A DNA stretch of 64,000 bases from Eledone cirrhosa (taxonomy: Eukaryota). The stretch's first letter is position 1. Every line of letters starts with the position of its first letter. This document shows positions 31,409 to 44,201 of this stretch, in pieces. The notes beneath the pieces were generated by a model, which had not been told where the DNA came from, ran no database searches, and saw nothing but the letters and a program-made list of their open reading frames with translations. The DNA is taken from contig OZ024742.1 in NCBI GenBank assembly GCA_964016885.1, forward strand, positions 173,538,001 to 173,602,000. The letters are read 5' to 3'. The position numbers were made by a program, and so were the translations under genes.

Positions 31409-34400
31409 GATAGCAACTAACAGTGCTGCGATCGAATGTGGCTTTTTAGCCCAGCCAATGATCCAAAATGTCTTGCACAGAGTCGGCAACCAAAACATTT
31501 ACTGGGAATAGTCGGCTGTGGTTGGAGTTCGTGTACTTTTGCATGTCGCTTGAGTCCTCCTGCTGATTTACATTCTCTACCACATGTTTGGCAAGCATGA
31601 TGAGTAGCATCTCCAACAGCAGCCTGGTAGTCAACCACTGGTCTTACTTTATGACTGCGAAGATGACTTTCGAGTCCAGCTTTGCTTAGGCAGAGTCTCG
31701 CACAGACGCTGCATGCCAGAAACATAGGAGGACCCTCGCCGTCTGGAAGTGCAACAGCAATACCCTTCCTCACGTCCCGCTTTACTTTCTCGTGTGCGAT
31801 TCGAGATGACTCAAAGGCAACTTTTCCCTCATATACAGTCTTTCTCCATTTATTACGATCAGCAGCAACATTTTCCCATGTATCAGCAGAGATGTTAGCG
31901 TCTCTCAGAGAGGCCTTCAAGGAATCCTTATACCTCTTTTTTGGTTTATGTGGCGGTCGTTTTCCTTTAACCAACTCTCCATAGAAGAGTTGTTTTGGTA
32001 TTCTAGAATCCTTCATCCTGGCAAGGTGACCACTCCAACGGAGTCGCTGCTTAAGCACAAGAGCTTCTATACTGTCACACATAGAGCTTTCCAAAATCTC
32101 GACATCACTGATGTGGTCCCTCCAGTGAACGCCATGTATCCGTCTGAGACACATCTGATGGAAACGCTCCAATTGCTTAAGGTGGCGTCGATATGTGACC
32201 CAGGTCTCGCAGGCATAAAGAAGACAAGAGAGTACACATGCCCTGTACACCCTTACCTTTGTCCTCCTGCATATGTCTCGCCGACCCCAGAGTCGCCTTT
32301 CTAGCTTTCCGAAAGCATCACTTGCTTTCCTAATCCTAAGTGAGATTTCACTGTCAAGGTTGCCGTATCGATTGACAGTGCTTCCCAGGTAGACAAACTG
32401 ATCAACCACTCCAAGTCGTTTGCCATACACATAGATGTTTGGTTCAGTGTACTGCCTACCAGGTGCAGGTTGGTACATGACGACGGTTTTCTTGAGACTG
32501 ACAGTCAAACCCAGGGCAGTGCAAGCGTCAGAAAATACATTCAAAATGTGCTGCATATCACTCTCTGTGTGCGCTACAAGATCGCAATCATCTGCATACA
32601 AGAGGTCTCTTATGACTGATGTAAATACTTTTGTCTTCGCAGCAAAGCGCCTGATGTTAAATATGCTGCCTGAGGTTCGATATCGGATGTAAACACCATG
32701 CTCGCAATTCCTGAATGCAACACAGAAAACCATTGCAAAGTATATGGCAAACAGGGTCGGTGCTGGAATATCCCCCTGTTTCACTCCATTTTTTACTGAG
32801 ATAGGCTCCGACATGTTACCTCCGACATTAACCCAAGCCTTCATGTCGTCATGGAAAGACCTAACTAAAGCAAGGAACTTATCAGGGCAACCAAGTTTCT
32901 GGAGAACCTTCCATAATGCATCTCTGTTGACAGTATCGAAAGCCTTTGTCAGATCGACAAAAACCTGATACAGATCCAAGCCCTGTTCAATGCACTTCTC
33001 CTGGAGCTGTCTAGCTGAGAAGATCATATCAGTAGTGCCGCGTCCAACACGAAAACCAGATTGACTTTCAGGAAGGACACAATCTGCAATGTGTGTCAGC
33101 AGACGGTCCAGAAGCACCCTACATAAAACTTTCCCCACGACAGAAAGCAATGATATACCTCTGTAGTTCCCACAATCATTCCTGTTACCCTTTCCCTTGT
33201 ACAAGACCACCATTACTGCATCTCTCCAGTCCTCAGGCACGGATTCATTAGCCCATATCCTTCCAAACAGAGAGTGAAGATGTTGCAGGAGTCTCTCACC
33301 ACCATATTGTAGGAGCTCAGCATGTATGCCATCCATACCTGGAGATCTTCCACTGTTCAGCTTCGAAATAGCCACTGCAACCTCCACAAGTGTCGGAGGC
33401 TCTGCGAGAGCTACTTTCACAGGACTTTCCGGAATGAGATTGAGGAAATCTTCACTGACGACAGACGGCTGATTCAAAAGATCATCAAAGTGCTCTCGCC
33501 ACCTTCGTAGAATTCCCTGTGAGTCACGAAGAAGTTCTTTGCCATCCCTGCTGCGAATCGGTGTCACCAGAGAAGAAGACGGTCCATAAACCTCACGCAA
33601 GAGACTGTACAACAGCTTTGTGTTATTGCAATCAGACGCAGTTTGAATCTCACCAGCCTTCTCACTCCACCACTGATCCTTCATCTGAGAAAGACTCCGC
33701 CTAACACGTGATTTTACATACCTGAGCTCCTCATGCAACGTATTCCTCTCCTGTGGTCTTGCCGTCAAGTAGCGTGACAGAGCGCGCCTCTTATCAGCCA
33801 ACAAGTCATCTATATGCACATCTTTCTCATTAAACCAGTCCTGATGTTTTCTCTGCACCAATCCCAGAACACGTCTGCCTACATCATAAACCGACTTTTT
33901 AAGGGTCGGCCAATCCTCACCAAGATCTGCAGCCTGCATCTCTTCTTCCAATGTCCTCTTCACATTTTTATCCTTAAGACGAGCAGCATTCAATCTTTTG
34001 GGCAGGGTAACACCAGGAGCCCGGATTTTACGTTTGGTGATTAGATTCACTTTTGCGCGTACCAGGCGGTGGTCCGTCCAGCACTCAGCTCCACGAAGAA
34101 CACGAACACACCGCACATCCTGTCTGTCACGCATCCTGACTAGGACGTAGTCCAAAAGATGCCATTCCTTAGATGCAGGATGCATCCATGTGGTCTTGAA
34201 TTTGTTCTTTTGTTGGAACATGGTGTTGGTAACACACAGATCCAGCTCCTCACACATCTGCAGCAAGAGCATACCATTGCTGTTACACTTTCCCACCCCA
34301 TGCCTTCCGATTACATTCCATGTGTTAAAATCCCTACCCACTCTAGCATTAAAGTCACCAAGCACGATGACTTTGTCTGCCTGAGGGATATTTCTTAAAA

Positions 34401-34971
34401 CACCTTTCAAGGCATGGTAAAAGGACAGTTTTTCTTCATCGACAGAATTCATAGTTGGAGCATACACACTCACCAGGGTAGCATATCTTCCCTTGTCCAG
34501 CGGAACTCTCATGGACATAAGACGCTCACTAATCCCCACTGGGAATTCTTCTAATTTATTCACCAGTACAGTCTTAACAGCAAATCCTACCCCAGCCTCT
34601 CTTCTGGTTCCTTCATCTCTTCCTTTCCAGAAGAATGTATATTCTCCACAAAATTCCGTAAGATGACCATCTCCAGCTAACCTCGTCTCAGACAAAGCCA
34701 CGATGTCAAGATCGTAACGTCGAAGCTCCTTCGCAACAAGAGCGGTCCTTCGTTCAGGACGCTCCAAAGAATCCCTGTCAAGCAGCGTCCGTACGTTCCA
34801 GCAGCCAAGACTAAATGCCCTGTTTGGCTCTATTACAATGGCACGATGACGGGCGGGCCCAGGTTGTGATAACTTGGGGCCCCTGCCCTTATTGCCAATG
34901 ATCTCTTTTGTTCCAGAACCCAAATTGGCAATTATCTCGTTTACATTGTTCTGGAACATCATTGAATTGGG

Positions 34972-35019
<48 letters not shown>

Positions 35020-35024
35020 TAATA

Positions 35025-35061
<37 letters not shown>

Positions 35062-35362
35062 ACTATTAATAATTATTAATGCACTCGTGCAATGCCTGTG
35101 CGTGACGAATATTTTTAAAGTGAGGAAAGACTGTGCACTGAACCAATCCCACTCTCTGAGCGACAGTAGCTATAACCCGAAAAGAAGAAAAGATCAACAT
35201 CATCGGTAACTACTGAGCCGCAGGTTTTATATCGGAGTTAACCCAGTTTCCTGAGATGCCTTCTCCTAGAAGAATACCCTGACATGGGCTAGGGGTTCTT
35301 CACTCCCAGTGGTTTAACTGCGCGATCGGGCATCCAGCCCGATTATTTCTATGTCCCCGCGC
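30927..35362 (-). mobile_element. Full-length RTE-clade LINE including 5' UTR and a microsatellite-expanded 3' UTR
   Basis: 5' UTR 35080-35362 has ctaggagaagg...actccgatataaaacc. The 3' terminal motif atggccatactcgataacgagggggcagccatc-(ATGT)n lies at 30927-30995. Confidence 0.85.
31417..34962 (-). CDS. RTE LINE polyprotein: APE endonuclease, reverse transcriptase and three C2H2 zinc fingers (intact, 1181 aa)
   Basis: WNVRTL, LSETR, GDFNARVG, LLDY, TDH; NYRGISLL, FVDLTKAFD, GVKQG, YADD, YLGS; three CxxC-x12-H-x3/4-H motifs. No stops. Confidence 0.96.
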   Translation of the reverse strand: MMFQNNVNEIIANLGSGTKEIIGNKGRGPKLSQPGPARHRAIVIEPNRAFSLGCWNVRTLLDRDSLERPERRTALVAKELRRYDLDIVALSETRLAGDGHLTEFCGEYTFFWKGRDEGTRREAGVGFAVKTVLVNKLEEFPVGISERLMSMRVPLDKGRYATLVSVYAPTMNSVDEEKLSFYHALKGVLRNIPQADKVIVLGDFNARVGRDFNTWNVIGRHGVGKCNSNGMLLLQMCEELDLCVTNTMFQQKNKFKTTWMHPASKEWHLLDYVLVRMRDRQDVRCVRVLRGAECWTDHRLVRAKVNLITKRKIRAPGVTLPKRLNAARLKDKNVKRTLEEEMQAADLGEDWPTLKKSVYDVGRRVLGLVQRKHQDWFNEKDVHIDDLLADKRRALSRYLTARPQERNTLHEELRYVKSRVRRSLSQMKDQWWSEKAGEIQTASDCNNTKLLYSLLREVYGPSSSLVTPIRSRDGKELLRDSQGILRRWREHFDDLLNQPSVVSEDFLNLIPESPVKVALAEPPTLVEVAVAISKLNSGRSPGMDGIHAELLQYGGERLLQHLHSLFGRIWANESVPEDWRDAVMVVLYKGKGNRNDCGNYRGISLLSVVGKVLCRVLLDRLLTHIADCVLPESQSGFRVGRGTTDMIFSARQLQEKCIEQGLDLYQVFVDLTKAFDTVNRDALWKVLQKLGCPDKFLALVRSFHDDMKAWVNVGGNMSEPISVKNGVKQGDIPAPTLFAIYFAMVFCVAFRNCEHGVYIRYRTSGSIFNIRRFAAKTKVFTSVIRDLLYADDCDLVAHTESDMQHILNVFSDACTALGLTVSLKKTVVMYQPAPGRQYTEPNIYVYGKRLGVVDQFVYLGSTVNRYGNLDSEISLRIRKASDAFGKLERRLWGRRDICRRTKVRVYRACVLSCLLYACETWVTYRRHLKQLERFHQMCLRRIHGVHWRDHISDVEILESSMCDSIEALVLKQRLRWSGHLARMKDSRIPKQLFYGELVKGKRPPHKPKKRYKDSLKASLRDANISADTWENVAADRNKWRKTVYEGKVAFESSRIAHEKVKRDVRKGIAVALPDGEGPPMFLACSVCARLCLSKAGLESHLRSHKVRPVVDYQAAVGDATHHACQTCGRECKSAGGLKRHAKVHELQPQPTIPSKCFGCRLCARHFGSLAGLKSHIRSQHC

Positions 35363-36606
35363 AAAAAAAAAAAAAAAAAAAAAAAAATTACTTATTGACA
35401 CTTATACGTACGACATACACACACACGCATACATATGCGTGCACACAGCAACACTCACACACACAACAAACACACACACACGCTACTCTACTCACTTACA
35501 CGCACACACACACATATATATATATATATATTACCGTCATTACTGATACAAGATTACCAGATTATGTCAACTGTTGACTTTCAAGAGTTTGTATAGTTGA
35601 AGCCGATCGTATTACAGTCCAGTATTACTATAATTGCTTTACAGCATAGAGTTATGGCTCTCCACGGAGTCAACAAAAGAGAGTACCAGTGATGCGCTGG
35701 CCAGTCGCTGGATCCGTGCCAAAAGCAGAAAAATTATTATTAAAGTTGTTCTTAAGGTCGCTGGTGATGGTGATGGCGACGGCGGTGGCGGTGGTGGTGG
35801 TGGTGGCAGTTGATGTTGTTGTTCTGTTGTGTGTGTGTGTGTGTGTGTGTGTGTTTTGTTATTTTGAGTTTTTTTTTTTTTTCCTTTCTTTTTTTCTCCT
35901 TTTTTTTTTTTTTTTTTTTTTTTTTCCCTTCCCTTTTCTTTTTTCTTTACCCTTCCTTTTTTTATGTTTTGATGCCGCTGTTGTTGTTGTTGTTGTAATT
36001 GTTGTAAATGTTCATTTCAGTTCATTCTGAAGCTGTTGTTGCTGTAAACATTAGTGCCGGTGTTGTTGTTGTTGTAGATGTTGGGGTTGAAATCTGGTTG
36101 TTTGACTGAGTGATGTATATACACACATATACATACACACACATATATATATATACATTCATCAGAGAGTAGAGAGTTTGACAACAGGTCGATGACTTTA
36201 GTCTCGATAGGGTATGGTATGGTAATGACATGTGATGGTGGGGAGAGAGTGTAGACGTTATTGTGGTGGTGTGGACAGTGAGATGTATCTAGTTCATTTG
36301 ACCGTTTTCTTCTCTTAGCAAAATTTGAATTCTAGCCATGTTATATTGAGATGTAAGTAAATGTAAAATATAAATAAGGATTGCTCTGCTAAAATATACT
36401 ATAATAATGTATGAGGGAGCTTATAGATAGGACAACACACGCTGTCTCTTCGTGGGGTAAGTTTTTAATTATTTTTTGTATTCTGAAACATCAAAATACA
36501 ACAATTTGTTGGTTACTGGACTCGGGAATGTCACGACAGAAGTTTGTGGAAGTTACACACATACATACATACATACATACATACATACATACATACATAC
36601 ATACAC

Positions 36607-36967
36607 ACATGGTGGCTGCCAACTCGTTTTTGAGTACGGCCACACTTTATTCCATGTAGGAGAACCCCTACCGATGCGCTGAACGAGTGTGACTTTTTAG
36701 TCCAGCCAGCGACTTGAAAACTCTGGTACAAACACTACACTTGTGACAATTATTGACACATAGTGCTGGGCCCATGGTACGATGTAACGACAAGTGCAGA
36801 GAGATCTCCAGATATAAAGCAATGCCTGTGCCGTGAAGCTTTTATAGCGAGCAAAGGCACTGCACAAAGCCAGTCCCACTCTTTTAACCAAGATGATATT
36901 TACCAAAAAGAAGAACAAGTCAACATCATTGGATACCATCAGTGTTGCAGGTGTTATACCAGAGTTT
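36607..36967 (-). mobile_element. Non-autonomous bipartite RTE derivative (5' UTR fused to the last zinc finger and 3' tail)
   Basis: 36810-36967 resembles the RTE 5' UTR at 35085-35240. 36607-36750 encodes HKCSVCTRVFKSLAGLKSHTRSAH* followed by the 3' tail motif. (CATA)n flanks. Confidence 0.75.
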
Positions 36968-39922
36968 TACACACATACATACATATATACATGCATACAT
37001 ACATACATACACATGCATAATATTCAAAAGGAGTTTCGCCATCGAGATATTGCTGTAATTTGTCGTTGGTTACCAGACATTTTCCGCAATGAATAGTTTA
37101 AATACATTTCTTCTTTACGGTTCAAACAATCTTGCTCTGTTATATTCCAATCGAATATTTTCAAACCATATGTTACAATTAGCACTACAGGTGAGTTGAT
37201 AGCACACATATGTTGAGATGAGATTTTTATATTCATATTTTATTGAAACTTGTTAAAATATGCATATTTTATTCTCATTTACATAACTTTCACGCACTTA
37301 CCTCTTTCATATTATGCCAATATCTTTATAGAAAGCAGAATAATACAGCACGTTTAATATTTGCCTTTCATGAACCTTACGTATTGTCTAGACTTCATGC
37401 TATATGACCCCATTGTATTAGTGTACTCTTTGCTATTATCATATTTCAAACGATATCTTAAATTCAGCTAAATTGTTTCATTATTAGCTCTTCCATATCG
37501 AGGAGACAATTGTTAAATTTCGGCCATTCACTACCTACGTAGTTGAAAGAATGTTATATTGATTTACAGTTTTCAGATTTCTGCATTTTCTAGCTGTTAT
37601 CCAATTTTCACTGGCCAGTGAAAATACATGAGGCGCGCATACACACTTGTATCTGTCTCATAATGTAGGATAAAGACAAAAACAATATAATATTGCATTA
37701 TTGTCTTATTCCCATTGATATAAGGACGATATCAGTGCAAAATATCGACAATATCGGCGCATAATACGTCCTTGTACATGATCTATGACACGTCATCATT
37801 GATGCAGCTTAAAGTCATTGGAGCCTTCGGAGATTTCGGCATTGTGTAGACGATCTGACCAGAGTTGATCAGACGTGTGAGAAGCCAACCACCCACGAAT
37901 CAGTCTCTCTGATCCAAACCTATATGAGGGCTTTTCTCAGTGGGTTAGCTCTGAGCCCGAATCGCTCTTCTCTTCAATACTTCTGTAAAACCAAGGAACA
38001 TGCCGAGTTAGCGCCTGACAACAAAGCCTCTACAGCTCACCTCTAATGATTTCAAACGTGTTTTCTACCTTTGTCGTGGTACATGTCCACCAATTGCCGG
38101 TAGTTTATTCGCCCCCCCTCCCCCCTTGGCGTCTTTAATGCGCTTTTACCACAGCAATATCAATTAATTATACTGTAATGCAAAAGGGAATTGATTATAG
38201 ACATGAGAAGCTGGATTAGAAATAAAGAATCCCTAAAGCGACAGCAACTACTGTCATACTAATATTACCTAAAGTAAATTTGGTGAGCAACCATAGTGAA
38301 CAACATTTCCACAAAATGGTTCTACTTATATTTTTATACCTTTCTTTTTTACTGGTGTCATTGATTAGGCTGGGGCACGGCATTGAATGAATTTAACCGA
38401 TATTGCACCCTAGTATATATTTTATAAACGCCTGGGTTTTACTTTACCGATATCCTTCTGTCAAACAGCTACTATTACTCGTGACTGAATATTTTTCTTA
38501 ATTAATTTCTTAAAAGCAATACTAGGTACAACAACCAAATTTCATAATTTATCTTCTACAGAATAGAAAATGAAGGAAATAAAATATTGAAATTGGCCCA
38601 GGGCACTTAGATGTTCCCTGGCTGTAGAGAGAAAGACTGCCATAAACGTTACAATAGCAACAATATAGAGTCCACTTGTGAAAAGTTCAGTTTATAAAAG
38701 CCGTGAGGTTAAAAGTGCTCTTCATATAATTAGTATAATCTATTGTAAAAATTTAAATTATAGCTAATAATTTCATAAAATATAGCTAGCTCTTGGACCT
38801 GAACTATTGACCCATGAAGGGATAGTCTTTTTCAATAAATTCCACTACATTTCAATAGTATCTGCATATAACTATTACAAGAACAATTTAATTACCTTAT
38901 TCTCCATAAATCTGAACTGACACAGTACCATTACCAAAATATTTCCTTTGGCAGTTAAACATAATCTATTTATTAAAACCTGTATTTTTCCGTCTATTTA
39001 CACATGCTTTATTAAACATTTTGACAGAATATTTCATGTGAGTGATACACTGAATGAAACCTTGTGCATTTCTGTAAGCTGTTAAAATTGCTCTTTTGGT
39101 TTAAGTTATTGTCGTTGTCCTTTTGTTGAAGATGTGTTTATTGTTGTTGTTGTTGTTACTGTTCTTGTTTTTATTGTTATTGCTGTTGTTAAGTGCAGGC
39201 AATCAGCGATCTTATTTAGCAAACCCACAATACGTAAGTGAGATTGCTGATCATTTATGAAATGAATCATTCGTTTTGACAGCCTACACGAGCTTCATGA
39301 TATAGTGTTTTTGTGGATTATACACCACTTCAAATTTAAATTCTAAGTCATATTTTTAAGTTTGACATAGGATATATGGAGTAGCAATATAACATGATTT
39401 CAGTAGAACAACCCTAAATGTGGGATCAGTTCAGATGATATTCCATTTTAATAACACTTTCGTTGATGGCTACATATCAAAGGGGAACGAGCCGTTCACA
39501 AGTAGTTGTAACAATTTTATATATGTGAGTTCTCTATGATATAGTGTTGAGGCGCAGGATTGGTAAATTGTTAAGGGGTTTAATTCGCGCTGATTTGGTA
39601 TGCGACTGCATGGAATATTAGGCATGTGCCATTTGCCAAAGCCTCGGGTCGAAACATTGCTTTTGTTTGAATATGAGTAATCGTAAATGTTTGGAATTGA
39701 TCCGATTGAATGTATCTGTAATTCGAAGGACCACATTTGTCCTTCATTGTCTCGTTAACTTCCCCATGTGAACAACCAAAACAACATCATCAACAATACA
39801 AACAAAACCAATAGCAACAACATTAAGAGTAGCAACAACGGTAACAAATAAAACAGCAATGACAAGACAAAGATTTAATAGTTATACAACAAACAATAGA
39901 AAGTCAAAATAATTAAAAACTA

Positions 39923-40057
39923 AAGAAGAAGAAGAAGAAGAAGGAGGAGGAGGAGGAGGAGGAGGAGGAGGAGGAGGAGAAGAAGAAGAAGAAGAAGAAG
40001 AAGAAGAAGAAGAAGAAGAAGAAGAAGAAGAAGAAGAAGAAGAAGAAGAAGAAGAAG
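39923..40057 (+). repeat. Compound (GAA)n/(GGA)n microsatellite
   Basis: Read directly from the sequence. Confidence 0.95.
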
Positions 40058-41979
40058 ATACGACAAATAACATCCGTATTGAGCTATATATAGAAGCCAT
40101 CCAATTTAAAAACCGATGCCTACTGAACACAAATTGCTGTACCAACCGGTTTCAAATATATAATCTGATCGTAGTAATACTGTTTGAAGTGTTTGATTTG
40201 TCTTCGAAGTAACATGAAAGAGACAAAACTTTAGCAGTATATTGACTAACTGGTTTAGATACCCTTGACCAAACAGATACCCTTGACCAAACAGATCTAA
40301 TCAATAGCATTAAAATCATAACTATTCGATTTTCTTTGTAGTTATATTGTTATTATTTTTCAGGAATAGTGTACATTACCTTATGTGTCCTTTTTTAAAA
40401 GAGGGTGACCAATGGATAGAGCGAGATTTGGCAATTGTTTCTAGCAGCTGAAGTGATCAGTTAAAGGCGACTCGGTTGTTTTCATATATACAATAGCAAT
40501 ATTAGAAGTAGAACATATAAAGTCGATTGTGTATTATATCTTTGTCTTCCTGTCTTTTCGAGCTATTTTATATTTCGTTCACAATAAAGGCTTAGTGCGG
40601 CCTGAGTTTAAATCCCACTGATGTTATCTTTGCCTTTCATTATTCCATGGTGGTTGAATATAATAGCAGAACATTACTAGGGTTTAATTTTCCTCTAACT
40701 CTCATTATCTCCATCCTCCTCTTTCTGTCTTTCTATCTATGTATTTCAATTACTCTGTCGTTGGAACTAATCAGCTGTCTTCTGATCTGGAGCGGGATGG
40801 GCTTTGCTAGGTCTAGAGGGTCCAGGAAAAGTCGCGTACCGTCTCGAAACGGTGCTTCTTCCCTATATCAGGTGTTAACAACCTATTCCGTATCTTATAT
40901 ATAGTCTTATTTTGTCCGTCGGAAAGCTATAGTTTTGCATAATAATCACTGTTTTGTTTGTGGCATTGTTTAAACAAGTTTTGTTCGCTAGATTATCCGT
41001 CCCAGGGGATAGATAATGCTGGCTTTTAATAGGTTCATCCATGAGATATAGGAGGGAATTATGTAGGCAAGAACAATTACTTCAAGTTGTAAACGATTTT
41101 TCCCTTTTCGAAAACTACACCTGTTTACTTATATTTGCCATAATAATTACACGTGAAGAGAAGTATGACCAAGAAACGGCAGAACTACGACCTGGTATAT
41201 AATGAAACACCACCTAGTGAAGATTCCAACTCAATGGAATCATTTTTGTGAAATAAAAAAAAAGATATGTTATCCTCACTGGTATCCTTAATTTTCCACA
41301 TTCGTTGGTTCATTTCTCATTTCATATTGCTTAGCTGTTCTCTGGGAAGTACCGAACTATTTACTAGTTAATGGTTCTCATATGATTAATTTAAAACACA
41401 TGAATATCGTTTTGCTGGTGTAGACAGTGGGAATTGATAACATTGTAAACTATTAAGCAACCTGATACTTTCACAAGTCATATTAAATCTACATTTTGTA
41501 GAATTATAGATTATCTATTGACGGTTAAAATTTAAATATAAACGATAGCATATTTACAACCTCTGAATAAGAAGAAGTATTTATTGATATTTCATAATTA
41601 TTTATATTCTAATTAGTGACTGTAAAGTCCTTAACAGTTAAATTATAATCCATAATGCTTCATACTCTTGGTATCATCTCGTCATAAGCCATGCATTTAT
41701 GAGTGAAACATGAATATGCTAGACAGTACTAGAATAATTTATAGTATACCATTACAGCCGAGTTATATATAATATAATATACGGACTCGCATCCTTATGT
41801 ACTATTTATGCTGTTTGTAGTCCTCGGTCGTTTCCAACAACGAACTCTCCAATTGATTTAACTAACGGACAGCATGCTTATGAAATTAAAGGCTGGGCAA
41901 TCCACAACCACATCTCTTACCGCAATTCTTAGACACATTCATTGTGACGTAATATGCAACAAGTCGAGTTCTTTGACTT

Positions 41980-42112
41980 ACAGGTACTACTCATTTTTGC
42001 CAGCAAAGTGGACTGATGCAACATAAAATAAAGTGTCTTGCTCAGGGGCACAACTTTCCTATCTGGGAATCGACTACATGACTTTACTATTGTGAACTGA
42101 TCACTTTAACAA
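41980..42112 (+). mobile_element. SINE-like 3' fragment (second copy 58275-58360)
   Basis: aaataaagtgtcttgctca...caac is shared by both sites. Confidence 0.55.
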
Positions 42113-42759
42113 ATATGCTCGACGAATTTAGATTTTCTATGTGTGTCTATCAAATTAAGTCAATAAAGCGATTTTCAGTAATTTTGTATGTGGCTAGAAC
42201 TACGAGTTTTCATAGTTATTTAAAACTTCATCAATATTTGGGCTTTATCCCTCCAAAACTGACAACGAGAGTTGTTAAAGGCTACTTATAAAAATATAAG
42301 CAGTTCCTTGAATGTAATGAAACATGGCTAAAAGACTGACATTAGAGCGTGGGTACCCTTGCATAGACACAGTCCAATGACTTGAACCTATATAATATTA
42401 TAAGAATAAATCAATTATATTTAACATACTGTGACATTACATCCTCCCGAATACTTTAAATAGTTAGGGTAATGGTCGAACCATCTATTGTCCTTGTTAT
42501 CAAAAGAATTATCATAATTAGTCCTTGTAATTGTTTCATGAAAATATTTGACTGATGCATCCTCTTTATAAAAATGTCCTTGTGGACAAGCGAGATTGAA
42601 ATTGAAAACGCTAATTTGATGCTCTCTATAGGTCCCACAAATAGTTGCAGATTTTATTACCAACAGGCTCTTTAGTGTCAATGTATTGCGTCAAACACGC
42701 TGTTGTATCAAGCCCTTGCTGGATTTCATTTGAAGATAGGAGTAGTGTTCATGACAACT

Positions 42760-42990
42760 AGTGAAGAGGGCGGCGGTTCTTTTAGTATCTATTCCGATAG
42801 TTTCTTCCCTCACACGTCTAGCCTATGGAAATCTGTTCCAGCGACTTACTTTCCCTACCACTATAATTTGCAAAAATTCAAAAGCATCTTCAATCGTCAT
42901 CTTCTAGCTCCTTGAACCATGGTCCTTCTGTTTTTCACGCGTCATTTTTTCCTCAGTAATCTTGCCTAGTAGAGGGTTTATTGCCTTCCC
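42760..42990 (+). mobile_element. LINE 3' end fragment (CR1/Jockey-like)
   Basis: YSDSFFPHTSSLWKSVPATYFPYHYNLQKFKSIFNRHL resembles the SFFPRT..LWNSLP..FP..YN...FK terminal motif. Confidence 0.7.
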
Positions 42991-43039
42991 TTACTTAAGA
43001 TGAGCCAAACAAAATCAGAATAGTTGATTTGCCTCTGAC

Positions 43040-43640
43040 CGTCATGAAACAAGCATACACCAGTTGGCAATACTCGCACGATTTCTCGAAGACCTGGCAC
43101 ATTGTGAATTTTTTATCGGCTGCGCTGGGTCCGGGATGAAAACTACATTGTTCGTCAATAATTTGGACTCAACAATATCCTTACATCGCTTTTCCAGACA
43201 CTTAGCGTAGTCTTTGCCGGTGAGAGTTATCAAGGAGATCCCTCTATAATCAGAGCAATTTCCCTTGTCTCAGTTTTGAAAATTAGAAATATCACTCCCT
43301 ATTTCCATAGCTTGGGGGCCTTTTCAGAGATCTATGCCAAACGACCCACACGAGTCTACCAGAGAATAACACTTTTAACATATTGAACTGAAGTTTCCAA
43401 GAACCACAGAGAAGTGAGTCATCGTTCCCAGATGCACCTCAGGTACAGCAGAACATATTGTGACCGGGTTAGGAAATCAGTAAATTTATTTTCTCCACCA
43501 CGAGAGGATGCACATCGCCGAGGAAAGAACCCCAGATACATTCCTGACATCAGTCGTGGGGTAGGGGTAGTGTTATCGGTGGATGATCTGCCAAAATACT
43601 TTATTTGCTGTTCTGAATTATTCAACATGTGATCTTATCA
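43040..43640 (-). mobile_element. Decayed RTE-like RT fragment
   Basis: CSDYRGISLITLTGKDYAKCLEKR, followed by frameshifted EQCSF and EKS.EY...VYACF motifs. Confidence 0.7.
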
Positions 43641-44146
43641 CAACTACACCAGTGCTGGTGTAACAGTTCGGTAACGATGCATTTCATAATGTCAATTCAT
43701 CTTCAGCTACTCTGACGTACTAGCGGATACTCATAGATTTTGTAAACAAACTATTTTTGTTGAAAGCTTATACACATATTTGTGTATATATATATACATA
43801 CAATACTCTTGATTGGGTAGTATCAATTAAATCCATGCTACGAATGTTCATTATGTGTTATATCATCTTAGACTACATTTGTTATAGCATTCACCGTGAC
43901 CTTTAAACAGGGAGTAGGCAGACTTGCTTCGAGACATTACATAACCGGATATAATTTTGAGGGAAATTAATTGAACATTAGATTTTGAAACACATACCAA
44001 TGAATTCGAGGCGGTGGAAAACAATTTCCTGAAAACAATTCTAATTTACAAAACTCTTCAATATAAGCCGCCCATAATGATAACAGCAACAACAACAACA
44101 ACAACAATAATAATAATGATAATAATAATAATAATAATAATAATGT

Positions 44147-44201
<55 letters not shown>

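Noticed and set aside
39470-39736. Minus-strand ORF with sulfatase-like FGKWHM
   Set aside because: Single short motif with no supporting neighbouring exons.
40750-40930. Possible U2 snRNA-like fragment
   Set aside because: Only a short chance similarity; no Sm site or branch-pairing motif.
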